Shown in pieces: positions 1 to 10,014 of a stretch of DNA of 64,000 nucleotides; positions within the stretch are counted from its first letter, which is position 1; every line of letters starts with the position of its first letter. A model generated the notes under the pieces. That model was given only the letters and a program-made list of their open reading frames with translations, was not told where the DNA came from and searched no databases. Source of the DNA: Thermodesulfovibrionales bacterium (GTDB lineage: Bacteria > Nitrospirota > Thermodesulfovibrionia > Thermodesulfovibrionales > SM23-35). Position numbers and translations under genes: made by a program. Where the stretch lies: contig CAVQRT010000030.1 of assembly GCA_963715195.1 (NCBI GenBank), positions 1 through 64,000 on the forward strand, in the 5' to 3' direction.

Positions 1-52
1 GAAAGTCACTCTTATCTAGTCTCTGATCAACAAGACTCAGTTTTCCAGCTGT

Positions 53-1156
53 TTATCCGACAACACTTTTTAGAAATTTCTCAAACCTCATTGCTATCTT
101 GTCCCATGTATGACCCCTGACAAGATTTCGCCCCTGTTTCCCCATCTCTTTACGCAGGTCACTCAAAGACATATCCTTCATGGATTGAGCCAGCGAGATG
201 CTATCTCCGCTCCTGAAAGGCACTCCAGCCCCCTGCCCGGTAATAAATGAAAATTCCGGGATATCACTAACGAGAACTGCCTTTCCGCAAGCCATTGCCT
301 CCAGCACTGAAATGGGCTGTACCTCATGACGGGAGGGGAAAACAGCAAAAATGGCATTCTGTAAAACTTCCTCTTTTTCAGTTCCTGAAAGCCAACCCAG
401 CAGCTCGATATTTTTTCTGACAGCTTCGGGCAATTCCCGTAAAAGCATCTTGAAGCGACCCATATCCCTTCCGTCACCTGCTATCCTGAGTCTGATATGA
501 GGCGATGACTCAAAAAATTCCCGATACGCGCGGAGAAGGAGATCAAGACCCTTTCCGTAAATATCGATCCTTCCGAGATACAGCATATAGTCCCCTTCTG
601 CGGGGTCAACGTCGAGGAGTTTGCCTGAGACACCGTTGGGGATAACGATATGATGTGCATCCCTGTGATGGGAAAATCTTTTTACTGTTTGTTCGCCGAC
701 AAAAATTATGTCACGATAATATTGGGGTCTTATTTGTTCCAGACCGCAGAGAATCAGAGCATAAAAAGGATTATATTTTTTGAAATAGAGTCTGCCGGTA
801 TATCCCTGAACCTGCAGGATTAACGGTTTTTTTGTCCATGCGTGAAGAAACGTTGGTATCGCGGGTGAAAACTCCTCGATGATGATATCGAATTCAGCCC
901 CATGCTTGCGCACAAACTGTACAGCATGAAAAGCATAAGAGATAAGGGTTCTGGTCAAGCTGTCACTTTCGGTTCCTGCAAAGATATGCTTCAACCCTTC
1001 AATCTCCCCGTCCCGGGCGCCCGGATATTTCTTGCAGAGAAGGGTGATAGCATGCCTGCTGTTTAAATGTCTGTATATTTCATATGCCCGTATCCCGACC
1101 CCGCCGGTCCCGAAAGAATCACCTTTGCTCTCATAGAGGAGATGGAGAATTTTCAT
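53..1156 (-). CDS. Glycosyltransferase family 4 (GT-B)
   Basis: MKILHL start, GGVG, YLGRI..KGLD, and PSRHEVQPISVLEAMACG (E-x7-E motif). Confidence 0.9.
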   Translation of the reverse strand: MKILHLLYESKGDSFGTGGVGIRAYEIYRHLNSRHAITLLCKKYPGARDGEIEGLKHIFAGTESDSLTRTLISYAFHAVQFVRKHGAEFDIIIEEFSPAIPTFLHAWTKKPLILQVQGYTGRLYFKKYNPFYALILCGLEQIRPQYYRDIIFVGEQTVKRFSHHRDAHHIVIPNGVSGKLLDVDPAEGDYMLYLGRIDIYGKGLDLLLRAYREFFESSPHIRLRIAGDGRDMGRFKMLLRELPEAVRKNIELLGWLSGTEKEEVLQNAIFAVFPSRHEVQPISVLEAMACGKAVLVSDIPEFSFITGQGAGVPFRSGDSISLAQSMKDMSLSDLRKEMGKQGRNLVRGHTWDKIAMRFEKFLKSVVG

Positions 1157-1274
1157 CCGCTGTCTTGTGCCTCAAGCCTCTGCCAACTATAAATCAATAA
1201 GGTATAATAAGCCAATTTAATTTCCATAATGACATAAAATTATTCATAAGTCTTCCGGTTTGTGGAAACCGGGG

Positions 1275-2075
1275 ATGAATACTGTGGAATCTATGAAACC
1301 TCTTCAGGAATTTTCCGAAATATTTCGTTACCGGGAACTCTTGAGAAACCTCATCGAGAGGGATATCAAGAAGCGATATAAACGCTCGGCTCTCGGTTTT
1401 CTCTGGGTCATGCTCGACCCGTTATTGATGATGCTGATATTTTATATCGTTTTTGCAGGGCTCTTTGGCAAAGCTGTGGGCAATTATGCCGCTTATGTAA
1501 TAACCGGCATTATCATGTGGCAGCTTTTTGCGCAGGGAACAAAGGTCTCCTCAGTGGCATTCATTCAAAACCGCAATCTTATCAGCAAAATACACCTGCC
1601 GACAGCAATCTTTCCGATTGCCATTGTCGGATCTTCAGTGGCACATTTTATATTCTCACTGATACCCCTGTTTATTATCATCCTCTTTTCCGGTACAATC
1701 CCGAGCTATTATCTCCCGCTCCTGCCTGTTACAATAGCCCTCATCGTAATATTCTCCATGGGAATATCCCTGACAATATCCACGCTCACGGTATTTTTCC
1801 ATGACGTCCTCTATATTTATGACGTTATCCTGATTGGGTGGATGTATTTGTCCGCAATCTTCTATCCAGTCGCTATCCTGCCGCAGAAGTTCCAGACGCT
1901 CATGTCACTGAACCCGATCTATCACTACATAAGTCTTTTCAGGGCCTGTATTTATGATACAACGCTCCCTGTTATGGAACACTTGATATTCGGCACTGCT
2001 TTTGCAGTCATCTCTTTTGTGATGGGATGGACCATTTATCATCAAAACAGGGACAAGATTATTTTTTATATATAG
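1275..2075 (+). CDS. wzm: ABC-2 polysaccharide exporter permease (Wzm)
   Basis: RDIKKRYKRSALGFLWVMLDP, multiple TM helices, IFYP, LNP; ATG at 1275 preferred over TTG at 1260. Confidence 0.9.
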   Translation: MNTVESMKPLQEFSEIFRYRELLRNLIERDIKKRYKRSALGFLWVMLDPLLMMLIFYIVFAGLFGKAVGNYAAYVITGIIMWQLFAQGTKVSSVAFIQNRNLISKIHLPTAIFPIAIVGSSVAHFIFSLIPLFIIILFSGTIPSYYLPLLPVTIALIVIFSMGISLTISTLTVFFHDVLYIYDVILIGWMYLSAIFYPVAILPQKFQTLMSLNPIYHYISLFRACIYDTTLPVMEHLIFGTAFAVISFVMGWTIYHQNRDKIIFYI

Positions 2076-2109
2076 ATTTTTTCATAAAGTACAGATTTCA
2101 GAAAAGGCC

Positions 2110-2181
2110 GTCATTCCCGCGAAGACGGGAATCCATTCTTTTGAGTGATGTATGGATCCCCCGGTCAAGCCGGAGGATGAC
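2110..2181. repeat. REP/dRS3-like palindromic element, copy 1
   Basis: GTCATTCCCGCGAAGACGGGAATCCA...TGGATCCCCGGTCAAGCCGGAGGATGAC; related copies at 9838, 22106 and 30651. Confidence 0.8.
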
Positions 2182-2214
2182 GAATCATGAGTTTATTCAC
2201 AGATTAAGGTGCGC

Positions 2215-2952
2215 ATGATACATTTACAGGATATATCCGTTAGATACAGGTTAATCAGAGAACGCCGGAGATCATTTCAGGCACACATCATTAATTATCT
2301 CAAAGGGAAACGTATAGAGGCCGAAACCCTCTGGGCTCTGAAGCAGATATCCATTGATATTCCCAAAGGAGAATCGCTCGGTATCATTGGTCACAATGGC
2401 GCAGGCAAGAGTACGCTTCTGAAAGTAGTATCGGGAGTCATAAAACCCGTCGAAGGGAATATTCGTGTGCAGGGCAGGATAGCGCCCCTCATTGAACTGG
2501 GGGCAGGTTTTGATCCGGAACTGACAGGAAGAGAAAATATTTATCTGAACGCCTCAATCCTCGGATTTTCAAGAAAGGACATAGACAGCAAGTTTGAGCG
2601 CATTGTTGAATTTTCGGAACTGAAGGAGTTCATTGATTCCCCTCTGAAGAATTATTCGTCAGGCATGATCAGCCGTCTGGGTTTTTCGATTGCGACCGAA
2701 GTTGATCCTGACATCCTTATTATCGATGAAGTTCTGGCTGTCGGCGACGCGGGTTTTAAGAAGAAAAGCAAAGAGAGGATATTGAAATTCAGCCAAAAAG
2801 GCACTACGATCCTCTTTGTCTCCCACAATATGGATGAAATCAGGACTTTATGCAGCAAGGTTTTGTGGCTGGATCATGGCAGTAAAAAGATGACCGGCGA
2901 ACCTGAAGCTGTTATTGCAGAATACGAATCGTATTCCACGACACCGCGTTAA
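2215..2952 (+). CDS. wzt: ABC polysaccharide exporter ATPase (Wzt, no C-terminal domain)
   Basis: Walker A GHNGAGKST, ELGAGF, YSSGM signature, IIDEVLAVGD, VSH. Confidence 0.92.
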   Translation: MIHLQDISVRYRLIRERRRSFQAHIINYLKGKRIEAETLWALKQISIDIPKGESLGIIGHNGAGKSTLLKVVSGVIKPVEGNIRVQGRIAPLIELGAGFDPELTGRENIYLNASILGFSRKDIDSKFERIVEFSELKEFIDSPLKNYSSGMISRLGFSIATEVDPDILIIDEVLAVGDAGFKKKSKERILKFSQKGTTILFVSHNMDEIRTLCSKVLWLDHGSKKMTGEPEAVIAEYESYSTTPR

Positions 2953-2985
2953 CAGCAAGAGAACTATGCTGATTGAAAAGGTAAC

Positions 2986-3687
2986 ATGAAGCCATATCTT
3001 GTGCTTATTCCGGCATTTAATGAGAGTGAATATATAGGGAAGGTACTGAATGACGTCATAAGGAACATTCCTCAGGCCGATATCCTGGTCGTCAATGACG
3101 GATCAGCAGACCAAACCTCTGATATTGCAAGAACTGCGGGCGTTATGGTTTTGGACATACCCTACAACATAGGCTACGGCGGTGCTGTGCAGACAGGTTT
3201 CCGTTTCGCTACAGAATATGGATATGACTATGTCATTACCATGGATGGGGACGCACAACATGATCCTGCTTCAGCAAAAAATCTCATTCAGGCTATGGAT
3301 CGGTCGGGTGCAGATGTTGTTATTGGATCCCGGTTCCTGCAGGGTAAATACAGGATGCCCTTTGCAAGGAGGACTGGAGCATGGCTGTTTTCACGATTAG
3401 CCAGTCTCTATACAGGTGCAAATTTCACAGATCCAACCTCCGGGTTTCAACTTCTCCACAGGAAGGTCTTTTCATACTTCTCCGAGGGGAATAATTACCC
3501 CCTCGATTACCCTGATGTAAATATCATCATGGCAATGCACAAAATGAAATTCAGCATAACAGAAGCCCCCGTCATAATGAGGGAAAACCCGGGAGGTAAA
3601 TCCATGCATAGTGGATACAGGCCCGTCATTTATGTTATGAGGATGTTTCTGTCAATTCTTATGCTCTTATTGAGGAAGGAGGAATAA
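2986..3687 (+). CDS. GT2 glycosyltransferase, polyprenol-phosphate sugar synthase (DPM-like)
   Basis: IPAFNE, VVNDGSAD, MDGDAQH, IGSRF, DPTSGF. Confidence 0.85.
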   Translation: MKPYLVLIPAFNESEYIGKVLNDVIRNIPQADILVVNDGSADQTSDIARTAGVMVLDIPYNIGYGGAVQTGFRFATEYGYDYVITMDGDAQHDPASAKNLIQAMDRSGADVVIGSRFLQGKYRMPFARRTGAWLFSRLASLYTGANFTDPTSGFQLLHRKVFSYFSEGNNYPLDYPDVNIIMAMHKMKFSITEAPVIMRENPGGKSMHSGYRPVIYVMRMFLSILMLLLRKEE

Positions 3688-3690
3688 AGG

Positions 3691-4071
3691 TTGGCTCTCG
3701 GAATAAGAATAGGTATTTTGTTCATGGGCATTGTTCTGTTTATGGTTATCCTTGAACTTGTCAGGAGAAAAAAATTCAGAGAAGAACTTTCCCTCATCTG
3801 GCTTGTAATCGGTATAGGCCTCATGCTGAGTTCCTTTGCAGATCGAGTCATTGACCCGCTTGCCTTCAGGTTAGGTATTAAATACCCACCTGCTCTGGTG
3901 TTCGTGGTGATCTTTTTTATGCTCGTTTTCGCCATGCTCTATTTTTCGCTTGTCGTGTCGGATCTGAAAAGCAAAAACAAGGAACTGAGTCAGAAGATGG
4001 CATTGCTGGAATACAAGGTTTCGGAGGTTCAGCAGGAAACGTCAAAGATGCAGAAAAATGAAACAGGTTAA
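3691..4071 (+). CDS. DUF2304-like small membrane protein
   Basis: ELVRRKKFRE..LIW, 3 TM helices, LGIKYPP, C-terminal coiled coil; typical neighbour of DPM-like GT2 genes. Confidence 0.75.
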   Translation: MALGIRIGILFMGIVLFMVILELVRRKKFREELSLIWLVIGIGLMLSSFADRVIDPLAFRLGIKYPPALVFVVIFFMLVFAMLYFSLVVSDLKSKNKELSQKMALLEYKVSEVQQETSKMQKNETG

Positions 4072-4113
4072 TCCGGAAAATACATTTTTCGGGTAAAAAG
4101 TGTATTTTCTGGA

Positions 4114-6318
4114 TCATTCGCTCACAATAATATTTTTAATTTGGTCGGGGAGGTTTTTGAATTTCCTCAGTTCTGAAATCTGTTCCTTTGCCTTTTCCGA
4201 ATCACCTCTCAAATAGTACGCCCTTGCTTTGCTGAAGGGCACAAAATATTCTGGAAGACCTTTCTCGCGTGCCTGCCGGTAATAAGCTTCCGCCTGCCCG
4301 TCTCTTCCGAGTACAATAAGAACACTACCCATAGAGAGATAAGGCTGGTAAAAAGGGGGTGACTTCGAAACAGCACGCTGTGCATAGCGAAGAGCTTTCT
4401 CGGGGTTTTCCTTTCTCATCAAAAGGAGGTCGGCCATATCAGCAAGGGCAAGGACATTGTCGGGGTCTATCTCCAGGGCTTTGCTGAAATATTCATGAGC
4501 ATGCCCGATATCCCTTTTGCCCAGGTATGTTAAGCCGATCCCATAATAGGCAGCGGAAAAGCCGGGATCACTTGCTATTGCTCTGGTATATTGCTTTATT
4601 GCCTTATCGAACAGCCCTTTTCTGCGATAGGCATCTCCCATGAGATTGTGGACGACAACTGAATCCCTTGCTCTTGTCTGCTGCAGAACCTCCTGGTATG
4701 CCTCGATGGCTCCGTCGATATCATTTGTCGATGCCCTGAGGTATCCTTTCAGGATCCGTATCCGGTAGGATTCAAGAGATGACTCATACCTTTCGATCAG
4801 ATTTCTGGCATCTTCTATTTTTCCGCTGAAGAGGTAGAGCATTCCAAGGCTATATGCGGCATCATCAAGAAAACCCACCCGCCGATCCCTCGCGCTCACC
4901 TTAACAACTTCCCGGTAGTATCTCTCAGCATTACCGAAATCGGACAATCGTACATGGGCATTCCCGCAAGCTAGCATTGCCCTGATATTCGACGGTGCTT
5001 TTGATAAAGTATCCCCCCATAAGGTAAGAGAATCCTTCCAGACGGAGTTCCTCGAAAAGGTCAGCATCCCCATCAGCATACCGATGATGATAATTACCGA
5101 AAATACCATTTTATTATTTATCCTCGACGGCAAAGAGACTGCCATCTGTCCCGCGATGCCGATGAACAGACCTGAAACAGGAAGATAGTTCCTGTGCTCG
5201 AAGTAAAGATCCGATCCGAGGGCGAAGAAACTTTCCAGCGATATGGCACAGAGATACCAGAGAATACCGAAACAGAGCATTGGATAGCGTTTTAATTTCC
5301 ATACCGAAAAAATAAAGAGTGACACAATAAAAAGAAGCGCTGGAACGGTTATGAAAGGATCTCCGATACCCCTGGATACAGGAAAACTCCACCAGTCGAA
5401 AACAAAAAGACGCGGCAAAGGGAAGAATATCAGGAGTATATATCTTGCTATGACACGGAACTCTGTGAGGAAGTGCTGGAGCGGCGTCCAGTAGACGTCG
5501 ACCGCCATCCAGCCCTTCCCTGTCAGGGGCTGATTGGGACTCAAAAAATACCTTACCACAGCGAAAAAAGCAGTGTGTAACTTCAGGAGTGCAAAGGACA
5601 GGCCGACAGAGCAAATGCCTATCCCGCAGACCGGAAGCATTCTCTTTTTGAACAGATTCCACCGAAAACGGGAGAGAAATACATAATCGTAAAGAAGAAT
5701 AAGCGGTATAGCCATGACCGCGTTCTCCTTCGAGAAAATCCCTGCGACTACCAGTAATCCGGTGACAGCATAGAGAAGGAGCGCCTTCCGTCTGTCGGCC
5801 GTTTCTGTTGCGGCAATGTATGAAAGAAGGGCAAGGAGAACGAAAAGCGTTGCCAGCGATGCCATCCTCTGGACAATATATGCAACAGCATTGATATTCA
5901 CTGGATGCAGTGCGAAGAGAACGCTGCTGAAGACTGCTGCATACAAGGCGAGGTTTTTCTTTCCTTCAGGTTCCCCCTTTGGAGAGGAAACATTGAGGGG
6001 GGTCCTTTCCCTTTCTGCAGCCGTATACAACAGGGTTGTCCTGTATGCAATGACATAGACTAAAGCGCTGTTCAGGATATGGATGAGAATATTCAGCAGC
6101 CTGAAATTCAGCGGACTGAAAGGAGCTATGAGCTGATTCAAAAAAAACGTCAGATAGGCAACTTTCCTGAAACCGATAAAATCTTCAATGTCCGAGAGGG
6201 CGACCTGTTTTCCGGTCACAATATCATCCATTGCCCATGTGCCGTTCAGTGAATTTGAGTAGGCAAGGAATACGGATAATCCCAAAAGAACAAGCGCTGA
6301 GAGATGCTTTTTTGTCAT
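4114..6318 (-). CDS. TMTC-like GT-C membrane glycosyltransferase with C-terminal TPR repeats
   Basis: WAMDD loop, LHPVNINAVAYIVQR, SKE, FEHRNYLP, RNSVWKD, then TPRs (AYYGIGLTYL, ALEIDPDN); ATG at 6318 (MTKKHL). Confidence 0.8.
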   Translation of the reverse strand: MTKKHLSALVLLGLSVFLAYSNSLNGTWAMDDIVTGKQVALSDIEDFIGFRKVAYLTFFLNQLIAPFSPLNFRLLNILIHILNSALVYVIAYRTTLLYTAAERERTPLNVSSPKGEPEGKKNLALYAAVFSSVLFALHPVNINAVAYIVQRMASLATLFVLLALLSYIAATETADRRKALLLYAVTGLLVVAGIFSKENAVMAIPLILLYDYVFLSRFRWNLFKKRMLPVCGIGICSVGLSFALLKLHTAFFAVVRYFLSPNQPLTGKGWMAVDVYWTPLQHFLTEFRVIARYILLIFFPLPRLFVFDWWSFPVSRGIGDPFITVPALLFIVSLFIFSVWKLKRYPMLCFGILWYLCAISLESFFALGSDLYFEHRNYLPVSGLFIGIAGQMAVSLPSRINNKMVFSVIIIIGMLMGMLTFSRNSVWKDSLTLWGDTLSKAPSNIRAMLACGNAHVRLSDFGNAERYYREVVKVSARDRRVGFLDDAAYSLGMLYLFSGKIEDARNLIERYESSLESYRIRILKGYLRASTNDIDGAIEAYQEVLQQTRARDSVVVHNLMGDAYRRKGLFDKAIKQYTRAIASDPGFSAAYYGIGLTYLGKRDIGHAHEYFSKALEIDPDNVLALADMADLLLMRKENPEKALRYAQRAVSKSPPFYQPYLSMGSVLIVLGRDGQAEAYYRQAREKGLPEYFVPFSKARAYYLRGDSEKAKEQISELRKFKNLPDQIKNIIVSE

Positions 6319-6399
6319 ATATTTACCGCAGAGTATTTTACAATGAACAACAGAATGAATGTCTGATTCCGCATTTCTTATCGGACACATTGCTATAAT

Positions 6400-8409
6400 G
6401 TGGTTGTGAAAATAACAAGCGGATTCAGCTATTCTGCGCAAAAGAATGCCCTATATCCCGGAAACACAACTCACCGTATTGCAGCAGGAACTGGGAAAGG
6501 CATCCTGTTGTTGTTCATCGCGCTGATTTCTTTCCCATACCGGTTTTCCCCTATTGACACCGGACTTGACCCTTCATGGATATTCGCCATAAATTACTTT
6601 TTCGATAACAATTTCATCTTTGGCAGGGATGTAATATGGACATACGGGCCACTGGGTTTTCTCTCGTACCCGCTGAATGTAGGCGTCAACCTGGATATAG
6701 CAACCGGGTTTCAGGTATGCCTGTGGTTTGGTTTCTTGTTCACCATAGGCTACGTTGCACTCACAAATCGATGTTCATCTATGAGATTATTGCTCTTTGC
6801 CGTCCTCTGCACCGGTGGACAATCTGCATATTATTTAGGGTATGTTGGCTTTGATTACGTGATCGTTTTCTATATCCTCTTTCTTCTCTCCCTCAGTCTT
6901 TTTATGCAAAGGTGGCTTGGATGGTATATCACCGCTTTATTCCTGACCCTTCTTTTGCTCTTTATAAAATTCAGTGCAGCTATCCTCTCAATACTTTCTC
7001 TCCTGTTTTTTCTTTTTACACTGGCTTTCACAGACAAGAGGAAATCCCTGAAAGCACTGATCGCGACTGTGACCCTGCCGGTATTCTTTGGGGTGTTCTT
7101 CATGATGTACCACCCGTCTTTTTCGGTGATGTGGGGCTACATAAAGGGAGCTTACGAATTAGTTTCAGGATATAGCGTTGCTATGAGCAAGCCAGGGAAA
7201 GGAATAGAGTTAACTCTTGCTTTCATTGTTGCTATGCTGTACGGATTATGCATGTTTACGCTCTATCAGAAAAAAGAGCAATCATTTTACCTGTCAGGAG
7301 TATTTATAGCGCCACTCTGTTTTTCTTTCAAGCATGGCTTTGTGAGGCAGGATACCCATGTATTGATTTTCTTCTCCACGGTTCTCCTTGTCATTGGGAT
7401 GATCATGCTGTTCAGCGACGTCAGAAAGTTTCTGAAGCGTGCGGTATGCCTGACGACAGCGTTCATAGGGGTTTGGTTTATTGTTTCGCTCCAGCATGTG
7501 CCTGACAGGATACTGTATCATGGAGTCGCAGGCCTTATTACGGTGAATAACATGAAGGCGGCCTTCCAGTATACAAAGACAAAAGCGCTCCTGGATAAGA
7601 CATCAGAAAAAAATCTTGAAGCTTCCGAATTGCCGGAGGTTTTACGAAAAAAAACCGGCACGCAAAGAGTTGCGGTCTTCCCGTGGGAAGTGTCATACGC
7701 AGCCGCACAAAAATTGAACTATGTACCGTTTCCCGTTTTTCAGACGGATAACGCATATACTTCCTATCTTGATCTGCTGAATGCTCAATTTCTTGAAAAT
7801 CCTGCAGCAGCTCCGGAATTCGTTCTCATGGAGTGGAAGTCGGTGGACGACCGTCATCCGCTTATTGATGTTCCCGCCACGTGGCTTTCCCTCTGCAAAT
7901 GGTACGACCGGTACGAAAATTCTTCCGCCCTTCTTCTTCTCAAGAGAAGGGCATCTCCCCGTTTTACCCGTCTTCATTTGATTGAGAGCACTGATTATTC
8001 CACCGGTGACTTTGTAAAAGTCCCAACCTATGAGAAGCCTCTTGTTGTGAAACTCCATATGGATTTGCATACTGCTGGCAAGCTCACGAAGATATTTTTC
8101 CGAATTGAAGAAGTAAGGATTGCGTTGCAGACAGATTCCGGCGGTATTCACAGTTTCCGCGTTGTGCCCGATACACTCCGTGACGGTCTCCTGATCACAG
8201 TTCTCCCGATGAACTTAACGGAGACAGATGCTTTCCTGAGCAAAAAACCGGGGATGCCAAAAATCAACGGATTCAGGATATACGGCAAGGGGATGAGTTC
8301 GTACGAAAGCAAAATGACTGTTGAATTTTACACGGCAGATAGCAATATCTTTGAGATTGCTTGGTGGTCCCGTCCCGAAGCTTTTTGGGATAGGGATTCT
8401 TTACAATGA
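6400..8409 (+). CDS. Polytopic membrane protein with large soluble C-terminal domain (possible GT-C fold)
   Basis: About 10-11 hydrophobic segments, GLDPSW and FGRDVIWTYGPLG motifs; start codon uncertain. Confidence 0.6.
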   Translation: MVVKITSGFSYSAQKNALYPGNTTHRIAAGTGKGILLLFIALISFPYRFSPIDTGLDPSWIFAINYFFDNNFIFGRDVIWTYGPLGFLSYPLNVGVNLDIATGFQVCLWFGFLFTIGYVALTNRCSSMRLLLFAVLCTGGQSAYYLGYVGFDYVIVFYILFLLSLSLFMQRWLGWYITALFLTLLLLFIKFSAAILSILSLLFFLFTLAFTDKRKSLKALIATVTLPVFFGVFFMMYHPSFSVMWGYIKGAYELVSGYSVAMSKPGKGIELTLAFIVAMLYGLCMFTLYQKKEQSFYLSGVFIAPLCFSFKHGFVRQDTHVLIFFSTVLLVIGMIMLFSDVRKFLKRAVCLTTAFIGVWFIVSLQHVPDRILYHGVAGLITVNNMKAAFQYTKTKALLDKTSEKNLEASELPEVLRKKTGTQRVAVFPWEVSYAAAQKLNYVPFPVFQTDNAYTSYLDLLNAQFLENPAAAPEFVLMEWKSVDDRHPLIDVPATWLSLCKWYDRYENSSALLLLKRRASPRFTRLHLIESTDYSTGDFVKVPTYEKPLVVKLHMDLHTAGKLTKIFFRIEEVRIALQTDSGGIHSFRVVPDTLRDGLLITVLPMNLTETDAFLSKKPGMPKINGFRIYGKGMSSYESKMTVEFYTADSNIFEIAWWSRPEAFWDRDSLQ

Positions 8410-8432
8410 CACTTCAGAAAATCTTTCTACAA

Positions 8433-9785
8433 TTATAGATTAAGCTTGTACTTGATACTCTTCATCATCTCTCTTCTCTTTGTACCGTGGGGGAAGAGCT
8501 TATCTCTCAGTTTGCGATATTTTAAAAAAAGGCTATTTGGTCGCGGGATACCCACATATGCTTCGAGCTCTCTTATTCTTGCATCTTTATCCTGTATCGC
8601 TTTCAAAAGTGAAAGCTCAACCTTGTCTTTATTTTCAAAATAATTCATGAGTCCCTCTTCCAGCATATTGCGGTCAAGATTGGCATCAGTAATCACTTTT
8701 TTGAGAGAAGACGACATAGTTTCCCAGCTTTTGCCGGCTATAATCGCCCGCTTCGTTGCCTCCAGATATTCGAGTCCATACTTCTGATCAGGTTCAAGAT
8801 ATGCTCCCTCTGCCCACTCATTCCATGCATTGATAAAAACAAGTTGCTCATCATCAGGATACTTCTGAATTGTCCTCTTGATGACTTTTGTAAGCCACAG
8901 TTCAAAGAAATCAATAGAAAAATTATGAAAAATATTCGCGCTCAATCCTCTCCTTGCGGTATTGTCCCACGCCAGCATAACCGTCTTAAACAAGGTATGT
9001 TCAGGCCATTTACGGTTCATCATCTCTGCAGCAGTATCGAGATAATCGAATACATACCCGGTAAATGAAGGTTGAGCAGCTGTAACCATGTCCTGATATG
9101 AATAACTGTAAGCAATTTCGATGCAGTGCGGGGGGAACTCCACCACGGCGTCAAAACCGGTCTTACCCGGATCCTCAAAATCACCAAACGTCTGACATTT
9201 ACAGAGATAGAGGTCTTCAAATCCGGCTTTTCTTGCTTCCTCTCTCCAGATGTCCGTCGTGCGAAGAGGATCCGGAAACAATGGTGCCCTGTATACGAGC
9301 AATAAAGGTTTATTGTTCATTCTTATATATCGTTCATCCTGGAAAACAGGAATGAGGTCCCTGATAAAATGCCTGTCGTTCTCAACGCTGTGTTCCTGTT
9401 TCATCAGGATCTCATGTTCCTGACCATCCCAGCGCCTGGTCCAGTTTTCATTCGCATAACATATACAGAATGGAAAATCCGGCTCTTTGGTTTCAAGAAC
9501 CTGCGTTAAGGGAAAGTCAAGGAGCTTCTTTCCGTTGAACCAGTAATAGTGATAACAGAAGCCATACAATCCATATTCTTTGGCCAATCTTGCCTGTTCC
9601 CCGCGCACTTCTGCCACGCGAAGGTCATAGAATCCAAGGTCTGCAGGCAGGCGGGGCTGAAAATGCCCGTTGAAAAGAGGGTAAGCCCTGGTGACATTTG
9701 CCCAGTCGGTAAAACCTTTTCCCCACCATTTGTCATTTTCAGGAATTGGATGAAACTGGGGAAGATAGAATGCAATCGTTTTCAT
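8433..9785 (-). CDS. WbsX-family / GH99-like domain protein
   Basis: IAFYLPQFHPIPENDKWWGKGFTDW, LGFYDLR, ANENWTRRWDG, INAWNEWAEG. Confidence 0.9.
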   Translation of the reverse strand: MKTIAFYLPQFHPIPENDKWWGKGFTDWANVTRAYPLFNGHFQPRLPADLGFYDLRVAEVRGEQARLAKEYGLYGFCYHYYWFNGKKLLDFPLTQVLETKEPDFPFCICYANENWTRRWDGQEHEILMKQEHSVENDRHFIRDLIPVFQDERYIRMNNKPLLLVYRAPLFPDPLRTTDIWREEARKAGFEDLYLCKCQTFGDFEDPGKTGFDAVVEFPPHCIEIAYSYSYQDMVTAAQPSFTGYVFDYLDTAAEMMNRKWPEHTLFKTVMLAWDNTARRGLSANIFHNFSIDFFELWLTKVIKRTIQKYPDDEQLVFINAWNEWAEGAYLEPDQKYGLEYLEATKRAIIAGKSWETMSSSLKKVITDANLDRNMLEEGLMNYFENKDKVELSLLKAIQDKDARIRELEAYVGIPRPNSLFLKYRKLRDKLFPHGTKRREMMKSIKYKLNL

Positions 9786-9837
9786 ATGCTTATGACATAC
9801 ATATACTGATCTGTATTATGTAAATACGTGGACGTAT

Positions 9838-9907
9838 GTCATTTCGGCTTGACCGGAATCTTTCTGCCGAAGAAGGATTCCCGACGCGCTTCATTTGCGG
9901 GAATGAC
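9838..9907. repeat. REP/dRS3-like palindromic element, copy 2
   Basis: GTCATTTCGGCTTGACCGGAATC...GATTCCCGAC...GCGGGAATGAC. Confidence 0.75.
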
Positions 9908-10014
9908 ACACAATAAATGTCGCCATGTGCAACTAATAAAATAAACATTTAAGAACTGCTTATCGCTAATCCCTCATATTTTACCATAGAGATTTAACTA
10001 GAAAGGTCATCCGG